Source: Prochlorococcus marinus subsp. pastoris str. CCMP1986
GTDB lineage: Bacteria > Cyanobacteriota > Cyanobacteriia > PCC-6307 > Cyanobiaceae
Assembly: GCF_000011465.1 (NCBI RefSeq)
Contig: NC_005072.1
Location: forward strand, 1,380,001-1,412,000
Direction: 5' to 3'
Length of the DNA stretch: 32,000 nt
Position numbers and translations under genes: made by a program. Numbering within the stretch: position 1 is the first letter of the stretch; the number at the start of each line of letters is the position of its first letter. Shown one piece after another: positions 11,377-20,414 of this stretch. Under the pieces are notes generated by a model. It saw nothing but the letters and a program-made list of their open reading frames with translations, had not been told where the DNA came from and searched no databases.

Positions 11377-11856
11377 TTAAGAACGTGAGAAATAAAATAT
11401 AAGAGAAGGCTTATAAATAAAAAAGCCTATCATTGCTGGAAAAATATCTAAGGATCCTAGCTTGCTTGCAAAAAGAAAGAGGCAAACTGGAACCAATAGT
11501 TGCAATTGAGATACCCCATTAGATTCTTTCCCTATTTTTCCTATGCTTTTAGCAAGCAAACGTAAATAAAAAATACCAGCAATGGCACCTATAAAAACAC
11601 TAAAACCAAAAGTATACCCAATTATAATTCCTGTTATAGATGCTACTAAAATGGCAACGATAAAAGTAATACCAAAAATTGTTATTTGCAATTTAGTGTA
11701 TTCATCATTTTTTGAAAATAATTTTTGGAATTGACTTGCAAAAACTAATTTAATTTTATTAATGAAAGAATTATCCTGGGTAGGGGAATCATGAACATTC
11801 TTATCGGGAAGATGCTCAACAATTTTTTTTCTATTTGAGTCCACTGATGTGAACAT
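11377..11856 (-). CDS. ATP synthase protein I-like membrane protein (Atp1)
   Basis: 159 aa with multiple TM segments immediately upstream of subunit a, the usual position of atp1 in cyanobacterial clusters. Confidence 0.75.
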   Translation of the reverse strand: MFTSVDSNRKKIVEHLPDKNVHDSPTQDNSFINKIKLVFASQFQKLFSKNDEYTKLQITIFGITFIVAILVASITGIIIGYTFGFSVFIGAIAGIFYLRLLAKSIGKIGKESNGVSQLQLLVPVCLFLFASKLGSLDIFPAMIGFFIYKPSLIFYFSRS

Positions 11857-11959
11857 AATTTAGAAAACCCCCTTCATAAAGATTTAAGTAAGTATATAAA
11901 CCCACGGAATCTATCATGGGGAGGGGTCTTTTAGCTAGGAATTTTTCGTTTAAAGTCCT

Positions 11960-11973
11960 AATTCTTAAGAATT
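11960..11973. promoter_or_regulatory. Perfect 14-bp palindrome AATTCTTAAGAATT in the divergent atp1/ftsW intergenic region
   Basis: Read directly from sequence; function unknown. Confidence 0.25.
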
Positions 11974-12123
11974 GTGATATTTGATATGGATGTTTTTGAA
12001 AAACTAAAAATAAATTGAGTTTTATTAATCAAAATCTAAAAACTTAAATTCACTCAAAAAGTATCAAAAAGACTTGGCAAAGTAGTCATTTAACGTCTCA
12101 ATAGTATATCTACAAACTTTAAA

Positions 12124-13353
12124 TTGGAGATAAGTAAATCAGCTACAAAATTTAATAGTGATTGTAAAAGAAATAGAACTTTTGATTCAATAAACAAACC
12201 TAACTATTTAAAGGCAAATTTCTTACCTATACCTTGGGGAATTTGGCCTTATGAAGGGAAACTTTTACTAATTTTGATAGGTATTTGGTCTGTTTTAGGT
12301 TTATTTATTCTTGGCTCTGCTAGTTGGTGGGTGGCTAGCAAGGAAATGGGGGATTGGGCGTATTATTTAAAAAGACAAATTATTTGGTGTATTCCTGGAT
12401 TAACTTTTTTTTATTTTGTTTTAAATACAAATATTAGAGATCTTTTAAAAATTTCAAAAATTATTTTTTACTTTTTAATTTTCTTGATAATTTTAACAAT
12501 ATTCTTTGGCAGTACAGTTAACGGTTCTTCAAGATGGTTAATTCTAGGTCCTCTACAAATTCAACCATCTGAATTAATAAAACCTTTTTCAATATTGGAA
12601 GGAGCCAACTTATTTGCTCATTGGAATTTAGTTAAAAATAATAGAAAAATTATTTCATTAAGCACCTTTGGGTTTCTAATTTTACTAATAATGAAGCAGC
12701 CAAATTTAAGTACCGCAGGTTTAACAGGAATTCTTTTTTGGGTGATGGGTTTATGTGGGGGAGTTAAATTCAGTTCACTCTTATCAGTAGCTTCATTAGG
12801 AGTTTTAAGTGGTTGTATTAGTATTTTGAGTAATGAGTATCAAAAGCTAAGAGTCATATCATTCATAGATCCTTGGAAAGATTCAGAGGGTAATGGCTAT
12901 CAATTAATTCAGAGTTTACTAGCGATTGGTTCAGGAGGATTATTTGGACAAGGATTTGGGTTATCTACACAAAAATTACAATATTTACCAATTCAAAGCA
13001 CAGATTTCATTTTTGCTATTTTTGCAGAAGAATTTGGTTTATTAGGATCAACATTATTGTTGAGCTTTTTAGCTCTTTTTTCTTATATAAGCTTAAGAAT
13101 CGCTATAAAATGTAGGAATAATTATACAAAGTTAGTTGCTATTGGATGCGTAACCTTAGTTATAGGTCAATCTATAATGCATATAGCTGTGGCAACAGGA
13201 ACAATGCCCACAACTGGGTTACCATTACCTTTTGTAAGTTACGGAGGAAATTCCTTATTGTCCTCATTTTTTGTGATCGGAATGTTGTTAAGGTGTTCTC
13301 TGGAATCAACTGGTCATATAGGCATGATTAGTGCACGAAAGTCTCTTCATTAG
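12124..13353 (+). CDS. ftsW: FtsW/RodA/SpoVE (SEDS) family cell division/shape protein; annotated start is TTG
   Basis: Polytopic; GSSRWLILGPLQIQPSELIKP, STDFIFAIFAEEFGLLGS, TGLPLPFVSYGGNSLLSSFFVIGMLL. Confidence 0.85.
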   Translation: MEISKSATKFNSDCKRNRTFDSINKPNYLKANFLPIPWGIWPYEGKLLLILIGIWSVLGLFILGSASWWVASKEMGDWAYYLKRQIIWCIPGLTFFYFVLNTNIRDLLKISKIIFYFLIFLIILTIFFGSTVNGSSRWLILGPLQIQPSELIKPFSILEGANLFAHWNLVKNNRKIISLSTFGFLILLIMKQPNLSTAGLTGILFWVMGLCGGVKFSSLLSVASLGVLSGCISILSNEYQKLRVISFIDPWKDSEGNGYQLIQSLLAIGSGGLFGQGFGLSTQKLQYLPIQSTDFIFAIFAEEFGLLGSTLLLSFLALFSYISLRIAIKCRNNYTKLVAIGCVTLVIGQSIMHIAVATGTMPTTGLPLPFVSYGGNSLLSSFFVIGMLLRCSLESTGHIGMISARKSLH

Positions 13354-13436
13354 TTAGAATTTAGAAGATTTAGATTCCTGTTATCGCCTCAATTAATTTA
13401 TTTGTTTCAGAATTAGCTCAAAAGGGTAATTTACTA

Positions 13437-14093
13437 ATGGAGCAAGGGCTTAATAATCCAGGCCCACTTACCATATTTTTAGTTTTTACTGCAGGCCTTT
13501 TAACAAGTCTTGGTCCATGTTCTTTATCTTTACTACCAATCACAATTGCTTATGTGGGTGGTACTAAGAATAATAAGTTTAAACTTATTAGTTTTTCTGG
13601 AGGGGTAATTTTTTCCCTCATTACATTGGGTGCCTTGAGCGGATTCTTAGGAAAAATATATGGACAATTGCCCTCTTACTACGCATCTTTAGTAGCTTTA
13701 ATAGCAATTATTATGGGCTTAAACTTATTAGGAATTTTAAAATTCCAATTACCTAATGGGCCCGATTTGCAATTTATGGAAGATAAGGTTCCTTCTATAA
13801 TTACTCCTTTTGTAGTAGGTGGAGCTTTTGGTCTTGCCTCTTCACCTTGTATTACTCCAGTACTGGCTACACTCTTAGCATGGGTATCACAAGCAAAAAA
13901 CCCTACAATTTCAATAATTTTTTTATTCTTCTTTGGCCTTGGTCAAGTAACACCATTAATCCTTGCAGGAGCGACAACTGAAAATTTAAAGCAGTTTCTA
14001 GAACTCAGAAAATATAGTCAAGTAATTCCTACTTTAAGTGGGGTATTTTTAGTTTCGCTAGGGATTCTAAATTTAATTTCAAATTGGATCTAA
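13437..14093 (+). CDS. ccdA: Cytochrome c biogenesis protein CcdA (DsbD-like TM domain)
   Basis: TSLGPCSLSLLPITIAYVGG and SSPCITPVLATLLAW motifs; directly abuts ccs1. Confidence 0.9.
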   Translation: MEQGLNNPGPLTIFLVFTAGLLTSLGPCSLSLLPITIAYVGGTKNNKFKLISFSGGVIFSLITLGALSGFLGKIYGQLPSYYASLVALIAIIMGLNLLGILKFQLPNGPDLQFMEDKVPSIITPFVVGGAFGLASSPCITPVLATLLAWVSQAKNPTISIIFLFFFGLGQVTPLILAGATTENLKQFLELRKYSQVIPTLSGVFLVSLGILNLISNWI

Positions 14094-15380
14094 ATGGTTA
14101 TTTTTAAGAAATTTATTCTAAAGATATCAAGTTTAAGATTTGCAATACTATTAATAATTTTCATAGCCATTTCAAGTGGAGTTGGAACGTTTATACCTCA
14201 AGGAAATGATCAACAAGAGTATATTGATTTCTACAACGAAACGCCAATATTAGGATTTATTAATGGATCTCAAGTTATAAGACTCCAATTAGATCATATT
14301 TATACGAGTAATTGGTTTTTATTTTCATTAATACTACTTTGTATTTCTCTTGCAGCCTGCAGCTTTAGGAGGCAAATACCGTCTTTAAAAGCAGCCTTAA
14401 AATGGACTGACTATAAAGATGAAAAAAAATTCTACAAACTCGAATTAATAACTAATTACGAAATAATCCAAGATGCAGATCACATTCTAAAAGCTGATTC
14501 TTTACTTAGAAAAAAAGGTTGGAACATTTCCAAATTTGAAAATCGCTTATCAGCAAGAAAAGGCTTAGAAGGAAAACTTGGGCCTATAATTGTCCATATA
14601 GGTTTAATTATTTTATTGATTGGTTCTGCATACGGAAATTTCAGTAGTCAATCTAAAGAACAATATTTGAGATTAGGAGAAAGTTTAGATTTAATAAACG
14701 AGAGTACAAATTCAAGAGTAAAAATAAAATTAAAAAACTTTTTTATTGAACGTGAAAGTGATGGAAAACCAAAGCAATTTATTTCAAATTTAGAATTTTT
14801 TTCGAAACAACAAAATTTGAATGAAATAAAAACAACTCAAGTGAATCAACCTATCAGATTCAAAGGTTTAACTATTTATCAAGCGGATTGGTCAGTTTCA
14901 AATATTGTTATGGAAATTGACAGTGTTCTTTACCAACTCCAACTAAAGCCTATTCCTGAGATAGGAGATCAAATATGGGGGCTTTTAATTGAATTGGGTA
15001 GAGAAAATAAAAAAAATTATCTTTTAACTATAGATAATGAAAATGGTCCACTTAAAGTCTCAAATATTGAAGATTTTTCTGAAAATTTTGTTTATTTAAA
15101 TAATAATCCAATAGAAATTAATTCTTCAAAACTATCTTTAAAAAAAATAATTCCTAGTAGTGGTTTGATTATTAAAAATGATCCTTCAATTCCTTTTATT
15201 TATTTATCATTTACTTTGATAATTGTGGGAACAATCTTAAGTCTTATTCCCACAAATCAAATATGGATCTTATTTAATGAAAATACAAATAAATTATTTA
15301 TTGGTGGTTTAAGTAATAGAAATCTTTTAGGTTTTAAGAAGGAATTTCTAAAATTATCAGATGAAATCAAGAATAATTAA
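14094..15380 (+). CDS. ccs1: Cytochrome c biogenesis protein Ccs1/CcsB (ResB-like)
   Basis: [75 protein letters not shown]; 428 aa. Confidence 0.92.
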
Positions 15381-15787
15381 TTTCTTTTCTGTCCACTATA
15401 AATATCTAATTTCATAGAAACATTTCCTCTAGGATTAAAATCAGCGTTTAAATGAATCCAGTGTGGGACTGCTGCTTTTAAAAGATCATCCATAATTCTA
15501 TTTACCACTTCTTCATGTGATATTTTGAGATCTCTAAATTTATTAATATAAAGTTTTAAGGATTTCAACTCATATACTTTCATATTAGGCTGATAGTAGA
15601 TATTTAATTTTGCAAAATCTGGATAACCTGAAAATGGGCATTTACAAGTAAATTCAGGTAACTCAATTGAAATTTCATAAATTCTTTTTTTATTAGGATT
15701 TTCAAAACAAATTATATTTGATTCTTCTATTATTCTTTCTCCGTATAAAGGCTTGTTAGTCGAATCATGTAAATTAGCTGTACCCAT
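15377..15787 (-). CDS. queF: NADPH-dependent 7-cyano-7-deazaguanine (preQ0) reductase
   Basis: Catalytic-region [28 protein letters not shown]-like [16 protein letters not shown] in [10 protein letters not shown]; 136 aa. Confidence 0.92.
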
Positions 15788-15902
15788 TTTTTATTCAAAA
15801 ATACCTTTACTAAAACTATATAAAAAGCTAATAATTCGCAAAAAATTAGAATAAACTTAAGTATTACAAATCAATAAGTCAAAGGATATAAAACTTGGTT
15901 TT

Positions 15903-15916
15903 GTATCAATGATAAC
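15903..15916 (+). promoter_or_regulatory. Imperfect NtcA-like box GTATCAATGATAAC upstream of the small ORF/glnB pair (weak candidate)
   Basis: Compared with consensus GTA-N8-TAC: GTA-N8-AAC, 50 bp upstream of the ORF at 15967, with an AT-rich TATAT at about 15941-15945 as possible -10. Confidence 0.2.
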
Positions 15917-15966
15917 AATCTTAGTATCGTTAAAAGGGTTTATATGTATTTAGTTTCAAAAAACTT

Positions 15967-16212
15967 ATGGACATCTGTTTGTTAAATATAGACAATAATT
16001 CAAATAAATCTCTAAACCCCACTAGTGTTATTGGAATGTTATGGCTCCAGACGCATTTTGAAGATACTCAATGGGAGGCATTATCAAATAATCAAGTAAT
16101 AATTTCAAAAGAAAACTCTAAGTTACTAGTTAAGGATGCAATTAGCGCTGGTCTAAAGATTAAATCATTTTCTGGAGTTTCAATGCTAGATGTTTTTCAA
16201 AAAAAGAATTAA
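15967..16212 (+). CDS. Small conserved-looking hypothetical protein (81 aa) directly upstream of glnB
   Basis: Complete ORF between queF (divergent) and glnB with 24-bp spacing to glnB, suggesting cotranscription. Confidence 0.6.
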   Translation: MDICLLNIDNNSNKSLNPTSVIGMLWLQTHFEDTQWEALSNNQVIISKENSKLLVKDAISAGLKIKSFSGVSMLDVFQKKN

Positions 16213-16218
16213 GATTAA

Positions 16219-16575
<357 letters not shown>

Positions 16576-17388
16576 TTAAAGAGTTTCTTTTACTAAATTT
16601 TCTATAAATTTAGTATTTATTATTGGATTAGAAATCCCAAACTTAGACATCCAAGCTAGATATTCATGATTTCCTGCGGGTCCAACTAAAGGCGAAGCTA
16701 CAAGACCTTGAATATTCCATTGCAATTGATTTGCTGCATTAATAACTGACTCAATAGCCTCAATATGATATTCAGCTTTTCTTACAACGCCCCCTTTACT
16801 TACTCGATCTTTCCCTACTTCAAATTGAGGTTTAATAAGAAATATTCCCTCTATAAAATCTCCTGATAATAAATTATTAATAGGTTGTAAAACTAACTTT
16901 AGTGAAATAAAAGATAAATCTACTACAACAAAATTTGGTAATAAACTTTCTTCAGAATAGATATCTAAAGGCTTTAAATTTCTAATATTTGATCTTTCAA
17001 AGAGTTTCACTTTTGGATTTTTCCTTAGTTTCCAAGCCGTTTGACCATAACCTACATCAATCCCATAAACCATTTTCGCTCCTTGTTGCAACAAGCAATC
17101 AGTAAATCCTCCAGTAGAAATTCCTGCATCTATACAAACTCTATCTTTAACATTAATCTTTAATTTTTTAAAAGCCTCCAGTAATTTTTCTCCTCCTCTC
17201 GATACAAATTGAGGTTCAGATTCAATAATAAATTCAGTTCCTATTAAAACTTGTTGACCAGGTTTATCGAAAATCTTACCATTGATATCTTTAACCTTTC
17301 CTGCAAGAATTAGCCCCTGTGCTTTCTGACGAGTCTCGCATAAACCTTTGTAAATAAGATAAAGATCTAGCCTACTTTTTTTAATCAT
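16576..17388 (-). CDS. TlyA family RNA methyltransferase/hemolysin-like protein (S4 domain + FtsJ-like)
   Basis: N-term S4 (RLDLYLIYKGLCETRQKAQGLILAGKV), FVSRGGEKLLEA, AM-binding CIDAGISTGGFTDCLLQQGAKMVYGIDVGYGQ. Confidence 0.92.
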   Translation of the reverse strand: MIKKSRLDLYLIYKGLCETRQKAQGLILAGKVKDINGKIFDKPGQQVLIGTEFIIESEPQFVSRGGEKLLEAFKKLKINVKDRVCIDAGISTGGFTDCLLQQGAKMVYGIDVGYGQTAWKLRKNPKVKLFERSNIRNLKPLDIYSEESLLPNFVVVDLSFISLKLVLQPINNLLSGDFIEGIFLIKPQFEVGKDRVSKGGVVRKAEYHIEAIESVINAANQLQWNIQGLVASPLVGPAGNHEYLAWMSKFGISNPIINTKFIENLVKETL

Positions 17389-17537
17389 TTGCTCTAAAAA
17401 GGTAACTTTAAAAAATAATTACTGGCTATTTTCAAATTATATTTTTGAAACATAATGCTAATTTAAAATTTTATTAAAAACAAAATACCTACTAGTTATA
17501 AAGATAATCCAATCGCAAGATTTAGACATTTTTCAAA

Positions 17538-17648
17538 ATGAAAAGATATTTACAAATCCAAAAGCTTTTATTTATGACAATAATACTTATACAAATATGT
17601 TCAATGGCAAGTAGAACTTTTACGTATAGAGCAATTATGAGATTTTAG
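17538..17648 (+). CDS. Possible 36-aa hydrophobic small protein (speculative)
   Basis: ATG..TAG reading MKRYLQIQKLLFMTIILIQICSMASRTFTYRAIMRF in the largest intergenic region; basic N-terminus plus hydrophobic stretch, but no convincing RBS. Confidence 0.2.
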   Translation: MKRYLQIQKLLFMTIILIQICSMASRTFTYRAIMRF

Positions 17649-17681
17649 TTATAAAGTTTAAATTGAAGATGTTTAAAAATT

Positions 17682-18977
17682 GTGATTGAACGTTACACAT
17701 TACCCGAAATGGGAAGAATCTGGACTGAAAATGCAAAATTCCAGAGTTGGCTTAAAGTTGAAATTGCAGCATGCGAGGCAAATTGTACTCTTGGAAAAAT
17801 GCCTGAAGCTGCGTTAAAAGAAATTCGTTTAAATGCAAAATTTGAAGAATCAAGAATTAAAGAAATCGAGAAAGAAGTAAAACATGATGTAATTGCATTT
17901 CTAACAAATATCAATGAATATGTTGGAGATTCCGGAAGATACATTCATGTTGGAATGACTAGCAGCGATATCCTTGATACAGGCCTCTCATTACAGCTAA
18001 AAGATTCCTGCGAATTGTTATTAGAGGAAATTGAAAAACTAGAAAATGAGGTCAGATCATTAGCAAGAAAGCATAAAAATACTTTAATGATTGGCAGATC
18101 CCATGCAATTCACGGAGAGCCTATTTCATTTGGATTTAAATTGGCAGGATGGTTAGCAGAAATATTAAGAGATAAAAAAAGATTATTAATCCTTAAAGAA
18201 TCTATTTCCATTGGACAAATAAGTGGAGCAATGGGAACTTACGCTAATACAAACCCAGAAATAGAAAAAATTACTTGCGAGTTGCTGGGTTTAAAACCAG
18301 ATACAGCAAGTACTCAGGTTATATCAAGAGATAGACATGCTGAATATGTTCAAACAATAGCGTTAATAGGAGCTTCACTTGATAGGTTTGCTACTGAGAT
18401 AAGGAACCTTCAGAGAACAGATGTTTTAGAAGTCGAAGAAGGATTTTCAAAAGGGCAAAAAGGAAGCTCAGCTATGCCTCATAAAAGAAACCCTATTCGT
18501 AGTGAAAGGGTTAGCGGTTTATCTAGAATTTTGAGGAGTTATGTTGTAACAGCTCTTGAGAATGTTCCGCTTTGGCACGAGAGAGATATTAGCCATAGTT
18601 CTAATGAGCGTATCATGTTACCCGATGTATCTATATGCCTACATTTTATGCTTAGAGAAATGAAAGAAATTATAAATAATTTAAAAGTTTATCCGGACAA
18701 TATGCTCAAAAATTTAAATATATATGGGGGAGTAATTTTTAGTCAGAAAGTTTTACTTTTACTTGTTGAAAAGGGTATGTCTAGGGAAAAGGCTTATAGC
18801 TTGGTACAAAAAAGTGCTCATCAAGCTTGGAATAATGAGAATGGTAATTTCAAGGAAAATATTGAGGGGGACCAAGAGATAATGACATTAGTTTCTGAGA
18901 ATGATTTAAAGGTATGCTTTGACCCCTCAATCCACCTCAACAATTTAAATGTAATATGGGATAAGTTAAGTATTTAA
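17682..18977 (+). CDS. purB: Adenylosuccinate lyase (GTG start)
   Basis: MIERYTLPEMGRIWTENAKFQSWLKVE, signature EGFSKGQKGSSAMPHKRNPIRSE; 431 aa. Confidence 0.98.
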   Translation: MIERYTLPEMGRIWTENAKFQSWLKVEIAACEANCTLGKMPEAALKEIRLNAKFEESRIKEIEKEVKHDVIAFLTNINEYVGDSGRYIHVGMTSSDILDTGLSLQLKDSCELLLEEIEKLENEVRSLARKHKNTLMIGRSHAIHGEPISFGFKLAGWLAEILRDKKRLLILKESISIGQISGAMGTYANTNPEIEKITCELLGLKPDTASTQVISRDRHAEYVQTIALIGASLDRFATEIRNLQRTDVLEVEEGFSKGQKGSSAMPHKRNPIRSERVSGLSRILRSYVVTALENVPLWHERDISHSSNERIMLPDVSICLHFMLREMKEIINNLKVYPDNMLKNLNIYGGVIFSQKVLLLLVEKGMSREKAYSLVQKSAHQAWNNENGNFKENIEGDQEIMTLVSENDLKVCFDPSIHLNNLNVIWDKLSI

Positions 18978-19014
18978 ATCCCTAAATATTATTTGAAGTT
19001 TAACCACATTTTTT

Positions 19015-20403
19015 TTGATGACCAAGAACTTTAGATTTGAAAAAGATAGTATGGGACAGATAAAAGTTCCTTCAGAGGCTTTGTGGGGAGCCCAAACGCA
19101 GAGATCAATTATAAATTTTTCTATTGGTGAGGAGTTAATTCCAATTGAATTAATTTATTCACTTACGGTTATAAAAAGAGCAGCCGCAATTTCTAATTTC
19201 AAATTGGGTTTAATAAATAATGTAAAAAAAGATCTCATTATTGAAGCCTGTACAGAAATCCTTGATGGGAAACATGATTCTCAATTCCCCTTAAAAATAT
19301 GGCAAACAGGTAGTGGTACACAAACAAATATGAATATCAATGAAGTCATATCTAATATTGCTGCGTTAAAAACAAATTCAGGACTTGGAAGTCATCATCC
19401 TATTCATCCAAATGATGATGTTAATAAATCGCAGTCTACAAATGATACTTTTCCTGCGGCTATTCAGATATCTGTTGTTACTCAAATAATTAAAAAATTA
19501 GTTCCATCAATAAAGGAACTTACTAAGGTTCTTGATAGTAAGAGTAATAAATGGAAAGATCTTATAAAAATAGGTAGAACTCATTTTCAAGATGCAGTGC
19601 CAATTTCCCTTGGTCAAGAAGTTTCTGCATGGTCAAAACAACTAAAGGACGCTGAAGATGCTCTGATAATTAGTCTTAATGAATTATGTTTCTTACCACT
19701 AGGTGGTACGGCAGTTGGTACAGGTATTAATTGTCCAAAAGATTTTTCAAAAGAATCTATAAAATCAATTTCAGAATATACTGGTTTATTTTTTTATAAG
19801 TCAAAGAATCATTTCTCTTTAATGGCATCTCATGATCGATTAGCCCAAGTAATGGGTCAAATAAAAATCCTAGCAAGTGCATTATTTAAGATTTCTAATG
19901 ATATTAAAATATTGTCCTCAGGACCTAGATCTGGCATTTATGAATTAATAATTCCCAAAAATGAACCAGGGAGCTCAATCATGCCTGGGAAAGTTAATCC
20001 AACCCAATGTGAAGCATTATCAATGGTATGCACTCAAGTAATGGGTTTTGAATACGCAGTATCAATAGCTAATGCCAGCGGCACTTTACAAATGAATGAA
20101 TATAAGCCACTAATTGGATTTAATATTCTCACGAGTATAAAATTACTGAATCATGCGATAAGTAACTTCAGACTAAAATTAGTTGAAGGGATACAACCAA
20201 ACCCAAAAACTATAAAAGCTAATCTTGAAAATTCACTAATGCTTGTAACTGCATTGGTTCCCAAAATAGGTTATGAAAAAGCAGCAGAAATTGCGAATCT
20301 TGCTTTTAATGAATCAATCAACTTAAAAGAAGCAACAATAAAATTAGGTTACTTAACTGCTAATGAATTTGAGGATGCTATAAATACTAATAAAATGATT
20401 TAA
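19015..20403 (+). CDS. fumC: Class II fumarate hydratase; real start may be the ATG at 19018
   Basis: Signature PGSSIMPGKVNPTQCEA, TGSGTQTNMNINEVI, GRTHFQDAVPISLGQE. Confidence 0.96.
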   Translation: MMTKNFRFEKDSMGQIKVPSEALWGAQTQRSIINFSIGEELIPIELIYSLTVIKRAAAISNFKLGLINNVKKDLIIEACTEILDGKHDSQFPLKIWQTGSGTQTNMNINEVISNIAALKTNSGLGSHHPIHPNDDVNKSQSTNDTFPAAIQISVVTQIIKKLVPSIKELTKVLDSKSNKWKDLIKIGRTHFQDAVPISLGQEVSAWSKQLKDAEDALIISLNELCFLPLGGTAVGTGINCPKDFSKESIKSISEYTGLFFYKSKNHFSLMASHDRLAQVMGQIKILASALFKISNDIKILSSGPRSGIYELIIPKNEPGSSIMPGKVNPTQCEALSMVCTQVMGFEYAVSIANASGTLQMNEYKPLIGFNILTSIKLLNHAISNFRLKLVEGIQPNPKTIKANLENSLMLVTALVPKIGYEKAAEIANLAFNESINLKEATIKLGYLTANEFEDAINTNKMI

Positions 20404-20414
20404 TTGAACTACTT

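Noticed and set aside
13146-13331. 61-aa ORF inside ftsW
   Set aside because: Alternative frame of a conserved SEDS protein C-terminus.
17693-17944. 83-aa ORF antisense to purB
   Set aside because: Mirror frame of a strongly supported gene.
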